Shown in pieces: positions 37,023 to 45,939 of a stretch of 64,000 nt of DNA. The translations under genes were made by a program, and so were the position numbers. The first letter of the stretch is position 1. The number at the start of each line of letters is the position of its first letter. This DNA comes from Minisyncoccota bacterium (lineage in GTDB: Bacteria; Patescibacteriota; Minisyncoccia; Phycocordibacterales; JAACPR01). The notes under the pieces were generated by a model, which was not told the DNA's origin, did no database searches, and saw nothing but the letters and a program-made list of their open reading frames with translations. The stretch spans positions 2,582 through 66,581 of the forward strand of contig JBAYWG010000003.1 of the NCBI GenBank assembly GCA_041674225.1, given 5' to 3'.

Positions 37023-39404
37023 CTATCTCACCATCCAATCTTTTTGACTGTTTAAAACCTCTGAAACTTTTTCCATAATTTTATTTATCTCTTCATCAGT
37101 TAAAGTTTTTTCGTGCGACTGAAAAACAATTCTAAACGCGTATGAAACTTTTTCATCTTTCACGAATTTATCAAACAGGCGACTTTGCACCACAAGCTCT
37201 CCAGCATTTTCTTTAATCAAATTGAAAACAAAATCTTCTGAAATTTCTTTTGGCACCCATACAGCAACATCGCGCACAATAAAAGGATACACAGAAAATG
37301 CTTTATATTGTTTTGGATAAAAATCTTTTTGAAGTTTATAAAAACTTGTTGGTGAAACTTCTGGTAGTTTTTTAATTACTTTATCTAAATTAATTTCTGC
37401 TACTTTATCTGCAATTTGAAAATCTCCATCAGACAAACTGAATTTTGTTTTTAATTCTTCGATTGTTAGTTTTAAAGATTTTGCGTTTGAACTAGCAATT
37501 CCAAGAGTCCAAGCTTCGTCTGCAACGCAAAATACTTTTCCAATTTCGAAAATCTTAATTTCACTCAAACCAAGTAGATCAACATTTCTTGTATTGAAAT
37601 CCAAACTTTCTTTCAGTCCATCAGAAATATTCTTTCTCATGAAGCCTTTGTCTTTTGTTAATGGATTTGAAATCTCCACTTCACCCGCACTTCGGAGTGT
37701 ATATGTCATTGTATCTGTATATCCAAGATTCAAAAGAAAATCTGCAAACTCTAGCAAATAATAATGAGTTTTATCTACAACTACAGGACTTTCTCTTTTC
37801 ACTTCTTTACTTTGAATATTTTTATATCCATACACTCTCGCAATTTCTTCAATCAAATCCACAGTTCTACGAATATCAATTCGCTCGTCAGGAACTGCCA
37901 CTACGAATCTTTTTTCATTTTCATCAAAAATTCTTCCATAATAAACAACGTCTTTAAATTCAGGTGAATTATCTACATCTTCGATCACAACACCTTTATC
38001 ATCTGAACTAGTACAATGAATTATTTTTTCATCTCCTAAATAAACACCTAAATGATCAATTGGTATTTCTACTTTTGTACCGTCCATAAATTGTTTAGAT
38101 ACAGAATGTTCCGGTTCAACCATTGATTGAATCTCTGGATTATCTTTGAATTTATTTTGATTAGATTCACTTACCACGTGTTCATTAGAAAAAATAATAT
38201 CCCCTGGTTCCAAATCTTCTTTACTAATTTTTTCTGACCAAACTAATTGATCAATAGAAATTCTTGGAATTGATTGTCCTGACTGCAAAGCTGCATAGCA
38301 AGTCAAAGAAGAACAATCAAAAAACTCTGGGCAATCATAAAGAACTCTAGATCCAAACTTATAAGGCTTTCCTTCTAAACTTTTTAGAGTTTCAATAAAA
38401 TTATCTTTTGCTTTTACAATTTTATATTCAAAATTCAACTTACCGAAAATATCTTCGATTTCTTTTTCAGAAATATTTGTTCCTAAATATTTATTTACTT
38501 CTTCAACTGAAACACCAGTTTTATATTGCCCAGCTTTTCTAGGATAAATATCTACAATACTTCCAACTTTTGTATTGTCATCCGAAGCATACTTCAAAAG
38601 CATTTCTGTAAGTCGATTCATCGCAATTTCTGACCAAAGAGGTGTGATATCTCTCTCAAATCTTTTTGAAGATTCAGTATCAATTCCCAGAGCTCGACGA
38701 GTCTTACGCACAGTCACCGCATCAAAGTTTGCTGACTCAAGCAAAAGATTCACAGTTCCTTCTGCCACTTCAGCTTTCTTTCCACCTTTAATTCCTGCAA
38801 TTGCCAAAACATCACTTTCATCTGCAATCACCATTTCATTTCCTGCAAATTTAACTTCTTTATTATCAAGAGTTGTAAAATTAGTTTCTGCATCGGCACC
38901 TCGAACTAAAATTTTCTTTCCACTCAATTTATCAGAATCAAAAGCATGCATTGGTTGTCCCAAATCAAACATCACAATATTTGTACAATCCACAATATTA
39001 TTAATTGATCTTTGTCCGATTGCTTCCAACTTTTTTTTCAACACATCTGGAGACGGCCCAAACTTAACTCCACGAATTTCTCGTGCCACGTATCTCTTAC
39101 AATTTTTATCACTCACTTCCACAGAAAATTCTGTTTCAAAATCTACTCGACTCAATTCGTTTGGATATTTTTTCAAAGGAATACCAGCCAAAACATTTAC
39201 CTCTCTAGCGATTCCATAATGTGCAAAAGAATCATGTGCTCTGTTTGGTTGCACATCTATTTCATAAAGAAAATCATCACCATCTTGTTTTATAGATTCC
39301 ACTTCGTACGCACCAGCAGTCAAAATATCAGCCAGCTCTTTAGCTTCTGGAAGTTTTCCATCTAAATGTTCTTGAAGCCAATTGTGTGAAACTCGCATGC
39401 TCAT
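37023..39404 (-). CDS. pheT: phenylalanine--tRNA ligase beta subunit with inserted NlpC/P60 domain
   Basis: PNRAHD, INNIVDCTN...GQPMHAFD (B3/4), DLIEEIARVYGY (B5), RDVAVWV...SYAFRIVFQSHEKTLT (B8); FDCSSL...DHLGVYLG..KIIH insert. Confidence 0.95.
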   Translation of the reverse strand: MSMRVSHNWLQEHLDGKLPEAKELADILTAGAYEVESIKQDGDDFLYEIDVQPNRAHDSFAHYGIAREVNVLAGIPLKKYPNELSRVDFETEFSVEVSDKNCKRYVAREIRGVKFGPSPDVLKKKLEAIGQRSINNIVDCTNIVMFDLGQPMHAFDSDKLSGKKILVRGADAETNFTTLDNKEVKFAGNEMVIADESDVLAIAGIKGGKKAEVAEGTVNLLLESANFDAVTVRKTRRALGIDTESSKRFERDITPLWSEIAMNRLTEMLLKYASDDNTKVGSIVDIYPRKAGQYKTGVSVEEVNKYLGTNISEKEIEDIFGKLNFEYKIVKAKDNFIETLKSLEGKPYKFGSRVLYDCPEFFDCSSLTCYAALQSGQSIPRISIDQLVWSEKISKEDLEPGDIIFSNEHVVSESNQNKFKDNPEIQSMVEPEHSVSKQFMDGTKVEIPIDHLGVYLGDEKIIHCTSSDDKGVVIEDVDNSPEFKDVVYYGRIFDENEKRFVVAVPDERIDIRRTVDLIEEIARVYGYKNIQSKEVKRESPVVVDKTHYYLLEFADFLLNLGYTDTMTYTLRSAGEVEISNPLTKDKGFMRKNISDGLKESLDFNTRNVDLLGLSEIKIFEIGKVFCVADEAWTLGIASSNAKSLKLTIEELKTKFSLSDGDFQIADKVAEINLDKVIKKLPEVSPTSFYKLQKDFYPKQYKAFSVYPFIVRDVAVWVPKEISEDFVFNLIKENAGELVVQSRLFDKFVKDEKVSYAFRIVFQSHEKTLTDEEINKIMEKVSEVLNSQKDWMVR

Positions 39405-39405
39405 A

Positions 39406-40134
39406 TTAAAATTGATTATTAAATCTTAAGTCACCAGATTGCAACAAACGAATATCATCAATTCCGTGAAGCATCATTGCGATTCGATCCCATCCGAAAG
39501 CAAAAGCGTACCCTTGATACTCTCGCGGATTAACCCCACCTCTTTCCAAAACTTTTGGATGCAACATTCCCGCTCCCAAAACTTCAATCCATCCAGAATT
39601 TTTGCAAACAGAACAACCTTTTCCATCACACTTAAAACATGACATATCAACTTCCACTCCTGGCTCTACGAACGGAAAATATCCAGGGCGCAAACGCGTT
39701 GTAGTATTTTCTCCGAAAAGTTTTTTGAAAATACTTTCAATTGTATATTTCATATGACCAAGATTTAAATCTTTTCCAATCGCAGTACATTCAAACTGAT
39801 GAAAAACTGCTTCGTGAGTCGCGTCTGTAGTTTCGTTTCTATAAACTTTTCCAAAATAAAGAATCTTCAATGGCACTCCACGCTCTCTAGGACCTTTCAC
39901 TTGTCCAGCCGAAGTTTGAGTTCGAGCCAATTTTCCTGGAACATTTTTCAACCAAAAAGTATCTTGCTCATCTCGTGCAGGATGAGAGTCTGGCACATTC
40001 AGCGCGTCGAAGTTAAAAAACTCAGTTTCAATTTCTGGAATTTGAAATACATCAAAACCCATCTCATCAAAAGCTTCTAAAACTTGATGCATTATTTGGT
40101 TTAGTGGATGAATATGACCCTTTGGTTCGTTCAT
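39406..40134 (-). CDS. pheS: phenylalanine--tRNA ligase alpha subunit (no N-terminal coiled coil)
   Basis: GHIHPL, NFDALN..HPARDEQDTF, YFPFVEP, WIEVLGAG, DLRFNNQF. Confidence 0.96.
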   Translation of the reverse strand: MNEPKGHIHPLNQIMHQVLEAFDEMGFDVFQIPEIETEFFNFDALNVPDSHPARDEQDTFWLKNVPGKLARTQTSAGQVKGPRERGVPLKILYFGKVYRNETTDATHEAVFHQFECTAIGKDLNLGHMKYTIESIFKKLFGENTTTRLRPGYFPFVEPGVEVDMSCFKCDGKGCSVCKNSGWIEVLGAGMLHPKVLERGGVNPREYQGYAFAFGWDRIAMMLHGIDDIRLLQSGDLRFNNQF

Positions 40135-40148
40135 GATTTAGAAGTTTA

Positions 40149-41123
40149 TCAAATTTCAGCTCGATATAAGTCTTGACCGTCTTTTACAAAGATTGTATTA
40201 CCATCTAGTTTAAAATCAGGTTTTACACCTTTAAAAATAGTTTGAACATTCGGTTTTGATCTATCATCGGCTTCTACAGCAAAAACATGTTTTCCTGTAG
40301 CCACAACAAACACATCGTTTCTATTTGGGAAAAAATCAAAACTTCGAATATCACTGTCTAAAGATATTATTATTTGATCTCGACAACCGCGAATATCACA
40401 GAAGAAAAATGGGGTCGACTGGTAATCCCCTGTCCATACCATATGAATATCTCCAGCCTCAAGCCACGCTATCATTTTACTATCTTCTCTCAAACCTTTT
40501 TTAGTTTCCAAATCTTTAATATTTAATTTCTCTAAGTATTCAGGGATTTTTATTTGAGTTGTCGAAGTAGCTTTTGTAGATGTTGATTTAATAATTTCTT
40601 TTTCAAAAACTAAAAGATTTTTATCTGGTGTTGTAGTAGATGTAAAAATATCTAAAGTTTCATCATATTCTTCATTTGCAACTTTTGTTGATGTAGCTTT
40701 TATCTTTGGATCTGTATTTGCCACAATACTAAACTTATCTATTTTTTCAAAAGGAATGTCTGTTGGCAACATCAAAACACGCGCTTCAGTAACAAGATTT
40801 GGATGTACAAACAATTCTTTATACCAAGTTGCATAACCTTCTTTCTCTACCCTTATTTTATAAGTCTCATTTGATTTTAGATTTTGTACTAAAATATTTT
40901 TTAATAAAACTCCACCAGACTCACTAAACTCATCATCGATAAACACATTTGCTCCAGATAAATCTGAGTGTACAAAAATACCTCCAGTCTTAACAAAAGA
41001 AAAATTATCCCAATCAACTCTATATCCAGAAGAATATGTTAGGAGAATTGGCACACCTGCTAAAAAAATAACTAGAAGCAAAATTAAAGAAGAAGATCTT
41101 TGTTTTTTTGATAAAGGTTTCAT
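40149..41123 (-). CDS. PEGA-domain membrane protein
   Basis: TM then GYR...TGGIFVHSDLSGANVFID...YKIRVEKEGY. Confidence 0.75.
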   Translation of the reverse strand: MKPLSKKQRSSSLILLLVIFLAGVPILLTYSSGYRVDWDNFSFVKTGGIFVHSDLSGANVFIDDEFSESGGVLLKNILVQNLKSNETYKIRVEKEGYATWYKELFVHPNLVTEARVLMLPTDIPFEKIDKFSIVANTDPKIKATSTKVANEEYDETLDIFTSTTTPDKNLLVFEKEIIKSTSTKATSTTQIKIPEYLEKLNIKDLETKKGLREDSKMIAWLEAGDIHMVWTGDYQSTPFFFCDIRGCRDQIIISLDSDIRSFDFFPNRNDVFVVATGKHVFAVEADDRSKPNVQTIFKGVKPDFKLDGNTIFVKDGQDLYRAEI

Positions 41124-41131
41124 TATTGAAT

Positions 41132-42697
41132 CTATTTTAACTCACTTCTGTGTTTTGGTGTAACCCAAAATCCCATATACTTTCCAAACATCAATCTTGT
41201 TTGTGAATCCAATCCTGGAATCGCTCCAAAAATAATAATTGTAAAAGGAATAAACAACCATTGTGCACCCATGATAAACCATTTTGTTTTTCGCCACTTA
41301 ATGTATTCCGGCATTTTTGGAATCAATGTGAAAGCAATCACAGCAGAAAGCACAAGACCTCCCATGGCTAAAATCATTAAGTTTCTTGTGATAATCGGAA
41401 GGTTGTATGAAAGTACAGTTGTTCTAAACTCTGAACCTCCTAAAATCAGTGGCAGCCATCCTAGAAGCAGAATCACAAGCGGGTTTGTAGCCAAAGACCA
41501 AAAACCTTCAATCTGAATTAGACTGTATTTAATTTTGTCCTTTAGAGCAATCTTCTTGTGTTTAATAAAATTGAAAAGCATGTAAGGCACATTTTCTACT
41601 CCCCAACTCCATCGTCGGTGTTGTTTGTAAATGTTTACCATTGTCTGCCAAAATGTAGGAGCTAAGTTTGCGTCCATAGAAACAGGATATGAAATTGGGA
41701 TTACTTTATAATTTCCATCATGCGCAAAAAATAGATTCCAGAAAATTCTTGAATCTTCAGATACCATATTTTTTTGCCAATAACCGATCTTGTGAAGAAC
41801 AGCGAAAGGAACTGAGTGAGAAGAAAAAGTTGTAAGTTTTTCTGGACGCTCTTGTTGAATCATTTGCCAGAAAGTTGAAGACATCGCAGCAACACGAGAA
41901 ACTGCAGGAGCTTCCCAAATATTGTTGTTGTAAAGTGGAACTGGTTGATACGAAGCATGAAAACGATCCTCTGTTGTAAGGAAATGCCATGTTAGACAAA
42001 GTAGATATTGTTCCCAAGCGATGGTGTCGACATCAAAAGCAGATACCAAAACATCTTCGTAAGCCAAATTATTTGGATCAAGAACTTCTATTCTTGCTCT
42101 CTCTGCAGCATAAGAAATATTTGAACCCTTTCCGGCCATTTCTCCTACAGTGTCAGCAGGATGTCTTGTTGTAAGAAAATGAGCAAATTCATTTTCATAT
42201 TTAGATTTCATTTCTTGCGCGAGAGCCCAAGGTTCTTCACCCGCTCTTTCTTCAGCGGCTAGTACAACAATAATTTTCTTTTTGTCGTATTTTGTTTTTA
42301 AAAGAGATTCAATACCACCTTCAACCACACCTCTATCTTCTTTATAGAAAGGCAAAATAATCATGTGATAAATATGATCGTATTTGTGACCTTCCAATTC
42401 TTTTGACCAATCAACTTTTATATTATGCAAAAGACGCTTCCAGTTGTGTCTATGGTGATATGAAAGATGCATTGTTTTCAAAAGCCAGTACAAATCGAAA
42501 GCAATAATGAAAAACGCTGCCCAAACAGGTTTGAATATAGAAAAAATAACAATGATTAGAATTGTTCCCCAAGAAAGTGCTCCTGGTAAAATCTCTAGTA
42601 ACCGAAAAAGTTTTCTGTCTTTTCCCTCTAAATGAAATGCGTGTCCTGCACTAAATCCTGGTGTTTTTATATACTCCTCATTTATATCGGAATTCAT
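41132..42697 (-). CDS. family 2 processive-type membrane glycosyltransferase
   Basis: GKGSN, FDVD (DxD), SEDS, QHRRWSWG (QxxRW), multiple TMs. Confidence 0.85.
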   Translation of the reverse strand: MNSDINEEYIKTPGFSAGHAFHLEGKDRKLFRLLEILPGALSWGTILIIVIFSIFKPVWAAFFIIAFDLYWLLKTMHLSYHHRHNWKRLLHNIKVDWSKELEGHKYDHIYHMIILPFYKEDRGVVEGGIESLLKTKYDKKKIIVVLAAEERAGEEPWALAQEMKSKYENEFAHFLTTRHPADTVGEMAGKGSNISYAAERARIEVLDPNNLAYEDVLVSAFDVDTIAWEQYLLCLTWHFLTTEDRFHASYQPVPLYNNNIWEAPAVSRVAAMSSTFWQMIQQERPEKLTTFSSHSVPFAVLHKIGYWQKNMVSEDSRIFWNLFFAHDGNYKVIPISYPVSMDANLAPTFWQTMVNIYKQHRRWSWGVENVPYMLFNFIKHKKIALKDKIKYSLIQIEGFWSLATNPLVILLLGWLPLILGGSEFRTTVLSYNLPIITRNLMILAMGGLVLSAVIAFTLIPKMPEYIKWRKTKWFIMGAQWLFIPFTIIIFGAIPGLDSQTRLMFGKYMGFWVTPKHRSELK

Positions 42698-42699
42698 AT

Positions 42700-42775
42700 T
42701 GGAGCCACTTGTCAGGCTCGAACTGACGACCTATTGTTTACAAAACAATTGCTCTACCAACTGAGCTAAAGTGGC
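42700..42775 (-). tRNA. tRNA-Thr(TGT)
   Basis: GCCACTT/AAGTGGC acceptor stem, ATTGT-TTTGTAA-ACAAT anticodon arm, encoded CCA. Confidence 0.95.
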
Positions 42776-42785
42776 GGTCTCTAAT

Positions 42786-43163
42786 TTATTTATTTTGATT
42801 CAACTGAGCGTCGTATCTCTCTACAGCACGTAAGTGCTCAGAGACATATCCTTTTGCTGAACCATCTGTTCTTCCTTGCACTAAACTAACTGCTTTCAGA
42901 GTTTTACGCAAGGCAAATCCCCAAAAACCAATCAATAGATGCAAAACAAATATCGGTATCTTTTTCAATTCGTGAAAAATCTTTTTTCGCTTATTTTGAA
43001 TCCACGCAACACTTATCTTCCAAATATCAATGATCAATTCGTCCAACGCTTCTCGAAATTTATTAGAAATAATATCACGACCAATTTTTATTTCCAGCAT
43101 TTTAAACAATACCATCACAAGCATTATGATTGCTGAAAAAGCAAAAATATTTATTAAAGTCAT
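42786..43163 (-). CDS. hypothetical membrane protein
   Basis: Directly follows tsf; N-terminal TM. Confidence 0.65.
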   Translation of the reverse strand: MTLINIFAFSAIIMLVMVLFKMLEIKIGRDIISNKFREALDELIIDIWKISVAWIQNKRKKIFHELKKIPIFVLHLLIGFWGFALRKTLKAVSLVQGRTDGSAKGYVSEHLRAVERYDAQLNQNK

Positions 43164-43169
43164 GTTGAA

Positions 43170-43757
43170 CTATTCTACCACTGAGAAACGAGCGATGCGA
43201 CCAACTTCAATTCTCTCTCCAAGTTTTTGAACTGCTTCTTCAATCAGTTGAGCAACTGTTTTTGAAGAATCTTTAATATAGTCTTGGTTTAAAAGAGTTT
43301 GTTCTTTGAAATATGCAGCCAATTTTCCTTCTAGAATTTTTTCTTGCATTTCAGCAGGTTTGTCTTGAATATCTTTTTCAAATACTTCTATGGCTTTTTG
43401 TTTTGCAACTTCGTCGATTTCAGAAACTCTCACGTATTGAGGGTTTGTTGCTGCTACTTGCATAGCTAGATCTCTTGCTAGAGCTTGGAAGTGTTCGTTC
43501 TTTGAAACGAAATCTGTCTCACACAAAAGTTCTACAATAACTCCAACATTTCCACCTCCGTGAACATAAGAAGAAACTGTTCCAGCACCCAAATCTCTGT
43601 CAGCTTTTTTTGAAGCTGCTTTTGAAGAAAGTTTTTGCAAGATGATTCTCGCTTTATCCATATCTCCTCCAGCTTCTTCTAATGCACCTTTACATTGCAT
43701 CATAGAAACACCTGTAGCTTCTCTCAACTCTTTGATTTGCGCTGTTGTCACAGTCAT
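43170..43757 (-). CDS. tsf: elongation factor Ts (short form)
   Basis: IKELREATGVSMMQCKGAL, ELLCETDFV, LLNQDYIKD. Confidence 0.95.
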   Translation of the reverse strand: MTVTTAQIKELREATGVSMMQCKGALEEAGGDMDKARIILQKLSSKAASKKADRDLGAGTVSSYVHGGGNVGVIVELLCETDFVSKNEHFQALARDLAMQVAATNPQYVRVSEIDEVAKQKAIEVFEKDIQDKPAEMQEKILEGKLAAYFKEQTLLNQDYIKDSSKTVAQLIEEAVQKLGERIEVGRIARFSVVE

Positions 43758-43802
43758 AAAAATTTGAAAATTATTTTTTAAAAAACCCAATAAAACCGAT
43801 AA

Positions 43803-44534
43803 CTATCTTGTGTTTGCAGCAGGAGCTGTTTTCTTTTTCTTTACCCCTGCTTGGTATGAAGAAGTTAATTCTGCAAGGATGTAATTCATTGTAGCAACTG
43901 AGCTGTCGTTTCCAAGTATTGGGAAACGAATTCCGTCGATATCACAGTCTGAATTTGAAAGTGTAATAACTGGAATTTTTTCTAGCTTAGCTTCTGCCGC
44001 TGCGTTGTATTCTCTTTTAACGTCGATGATAAATACAGCTCCTGGTCTTGATTTCATGTTTACGATTCCACCAAAACGATTTTCTAGTTTATCAATTTCT
44101 CTGTCGATAAGTAGTCTTTCCTTTTTTGTGTATTTTGCCAAAAGACCTTTTGTCTTTTCCATTGTTAGTTTTTCAAAACGAGAAACTCTTTTTTGAATTT
44201 CTTCAAAGTTTGTAAGTGTACCTCCGATCCAACGACCAGCAACATATGGTTGGTCAACTTTCTCAGCTGCATCTTTGATTGGTCGAATAGATTCTCTCTT
44301 TCCTCCAACAAAAAGAATTTGTTTTCCATTAGCTCCCAATTCTTCAACAAATTCTTTTACTACTTCCAGTTGAGCTGAAGTTTTTTCTAAGTCAAAAATT
44401 TCAATTTTATTTTTAATACCAAAAATAAAAGAAGCTGTTGAAGGGTGTCGTCGAGATTTTGAATAACCAAAATGAGCACCTACTTTAAATAGGGCTTCTA
44501 CGATATCTTTATTAACTGTTTTTCCATTAGTCAT
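43803..44534 (-). CDS. rpsB: 30S ribosomal protein S2
   Basis: GAHFG, ILFVGGK, RWIGGTLTNF, GNDSS. Confidence 0.96.
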   Translation of the reverse strand: MTNGKTVNKDIVEALFKVGAHFGYSKSRRHPSTASFIFGIKNKIEIFDLEKTSAQLEVVKEFVEELGANGKQILFVGGKRESIRPIKDAAEKVDQPYVAGRWIGGTLTNFEEIQKRVSRFEKLTMEKTKGLLAKYTKKERLLIDREIDKLENRFGGIVNMKSRPGAVFIIDVKREYNAAAEAKLEKIPVITLSNSDCDIDGIRFPILGNDSSVATMNYILAELTSSYQAGVKKKKTAPAANTR

Positions 44535-44585
44535 GTAGGCACGAGTTTATCAGAAAGTCCTTTATATCGCAAGAGTTTTAAGCAA

Positions 44586-45545
44586 TTATGAGTTTTGGGC
44601 AAATTCTGTGATTTTGTCGAAGATGTCCTGAATGTCTCCCATCATGATACCGTCCAGATTGTGCCAGTTTTCTTTGATTCTGTGATCTGTGACACGGTTT
44701 TGAGGGAAATTATAAGTACGAATCTTCTCAGATCTATCCCCTGTTCCCACTTGTTCTTTTCGTTCGGCTGAATATTTTTTAGCCTCTTCTTCTTCTTTAA
44801 GTGCCTCAATTTTGGCAACTAGAATAGTCATAGCTCGCTCACGGTTGGCTTGCTGGCTTCTTTCGGCAGTAGAGCGCACATCAAGACCTGTAGGAATGTG
44901 AATTATTCTCACAGCAGTTTCCACTTTGTTTACGTTTTGTCCTCCAGCGCCACCAGCTCTTGAGAATTCCATTTCAAATTCTTCTGGTTTTATTTCCATT
45001 TTAGATTTCTTTCGAATCGGTAGGACAGCGACAGATGCAGTTGATGTATGAATTCTTCCTTGCTTTTCTGTGGCAGGAATTCTTTGTACACGATGAACCC
45101 CTGTTTCGTATCGTAGAGTTTTATAAACATCCTTTCCGCGAATTTCAAAAGCAACTTCTTTATAACCACCAACAGAAGATTGTGAGTCATGAATTTTTTT
45201 CACATTCCAACCTTGCTTGTCTGCATATCGTTGATACATTTCTGCCAAGTTGTGAGCAAAGATAGAAGCCTCATCTCCACCAGCACCAGCTCTCACTTCG
45301 AGCACGATTTCATTTGGAAATTCTTCTTCAAGCGCTTCTTCTTTCAAAATTTCATCCATTTGGACAATAAGAGCTTTTTGTTGAGATTCTATTTGAGATC
45401 TTTCTTCTGCAGCCATTTCACGCATTGATTCATCATCAGAGATTGCATCTAGTTCTGTTTTTTGTTTTTCCAGACGCTCAAATTCAGACGCCAAAAATTG
45501 GGTCTTCTGACTTTCTTTATATTTTGTTAAATCAATTTCTTCCAT
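44586..45545 (-). CDS. prfA: peptide chain release factor 1
   Basis: GVHRVQRIPATE (PxT), GAGGQNVNK, RSEKIRTYNFPQNRVTDHR. Confidence 0.96.
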   Translation of the reverse strand: MEEIDLTKYKESQKTQFLASEFERLEKQKTELDAISDDESMREMAAEERSQIESQQKALIVQMDEILKEEALEEEFPNEIVLEVRAGAGGDEASIFAHNLAEMYQRYADKQGWNVKKIHDSQSSVGGYKEVAFEIRGKDVYKTLRYETGVHRVQRIPATEKQGRIHTSTASVAVLPIRKKSKMEIKPEEFEMEFSRAGGAGGQNVNKVETAVRIIHIPTGLDVRSTAERSQQANRERAMTILVAKIEALKEEEEAKKYSAERKEQVGTGDRSEKIRTYNFPQNRVTDHRIKENWHNLDGIMMGDIQDIFDKITEFAQNS

Positions 45546-45613
45546 ATGCCTATATTAGCAGAGTTGAAAAATTTATTATATGAACTGCTTTTGTTTACAG
45601 ATAAATTTAAAAA

Positions 45614-45686
45614 ACGTTGCTGAGTGTGCATCCGCAGGATTATATAACGAAGTTATATAGTCCGAGGACCGCACACAATGCAACGT
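45614..45686. repeat. long imperfect palindrome
   Basis: ACGTTGC..GTGTGC.TCC..GGATTATATAAC-gaa-GTTATATAGTCC..GGA..GCACAC..GCAACGT. Confidence 0.75.
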
Positions 45687-45696
45687 ATTTTTAAAT

Positions 45697-45909
45697 TTAT
45701 TTTTTAGTAGAAGCAGCTCGTTTTTTGTTGAATTTTTCAACTCGTCCAGCAGTATCTAATACTTTCGCCTCCCCTGTATAAAAAGGATGACAAGAACTAC
45801 AGATTTCAACATCAAGACTTGCCTTTGTAGAAGGAACAACAAATGTAGCTCCACAAGCGCATTTAACTTCTGATTGGTCGAAATTTTTTGGGTGAATATC
45901 TTTTTTCAT
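45697..45909 (-). CDS. rpmE: 50S ribosomal protein L31 (Zn type)
   Basis: [23 protein letters not shown]. Confidence 0.97.
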   Translation of the reverse strand: MKKDIHPKNFDQSEVKCACGATFVVPSTKASLDVEICSSCHPFYTGEAKVLDTAGRVEKFNKKRAASTKK

Positions 45910-45939
45910 AGTCGCTAAAATATAGCTAATTTATTGATT

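Noticed and set aside
37920-38420. Intein in PheT
   Set aside because: No N-terminal Cys/Ser, no C-terminal His-Asn and no LAGLIDADG motif; the motifs are NlpC/P60.
45614-45686. Integron attC site
   Set aside because: Lacks terminal RYYYAAC/GTTRRRY boxes in the right arrangement, is single copy, and is flanked by core genes with no intI.
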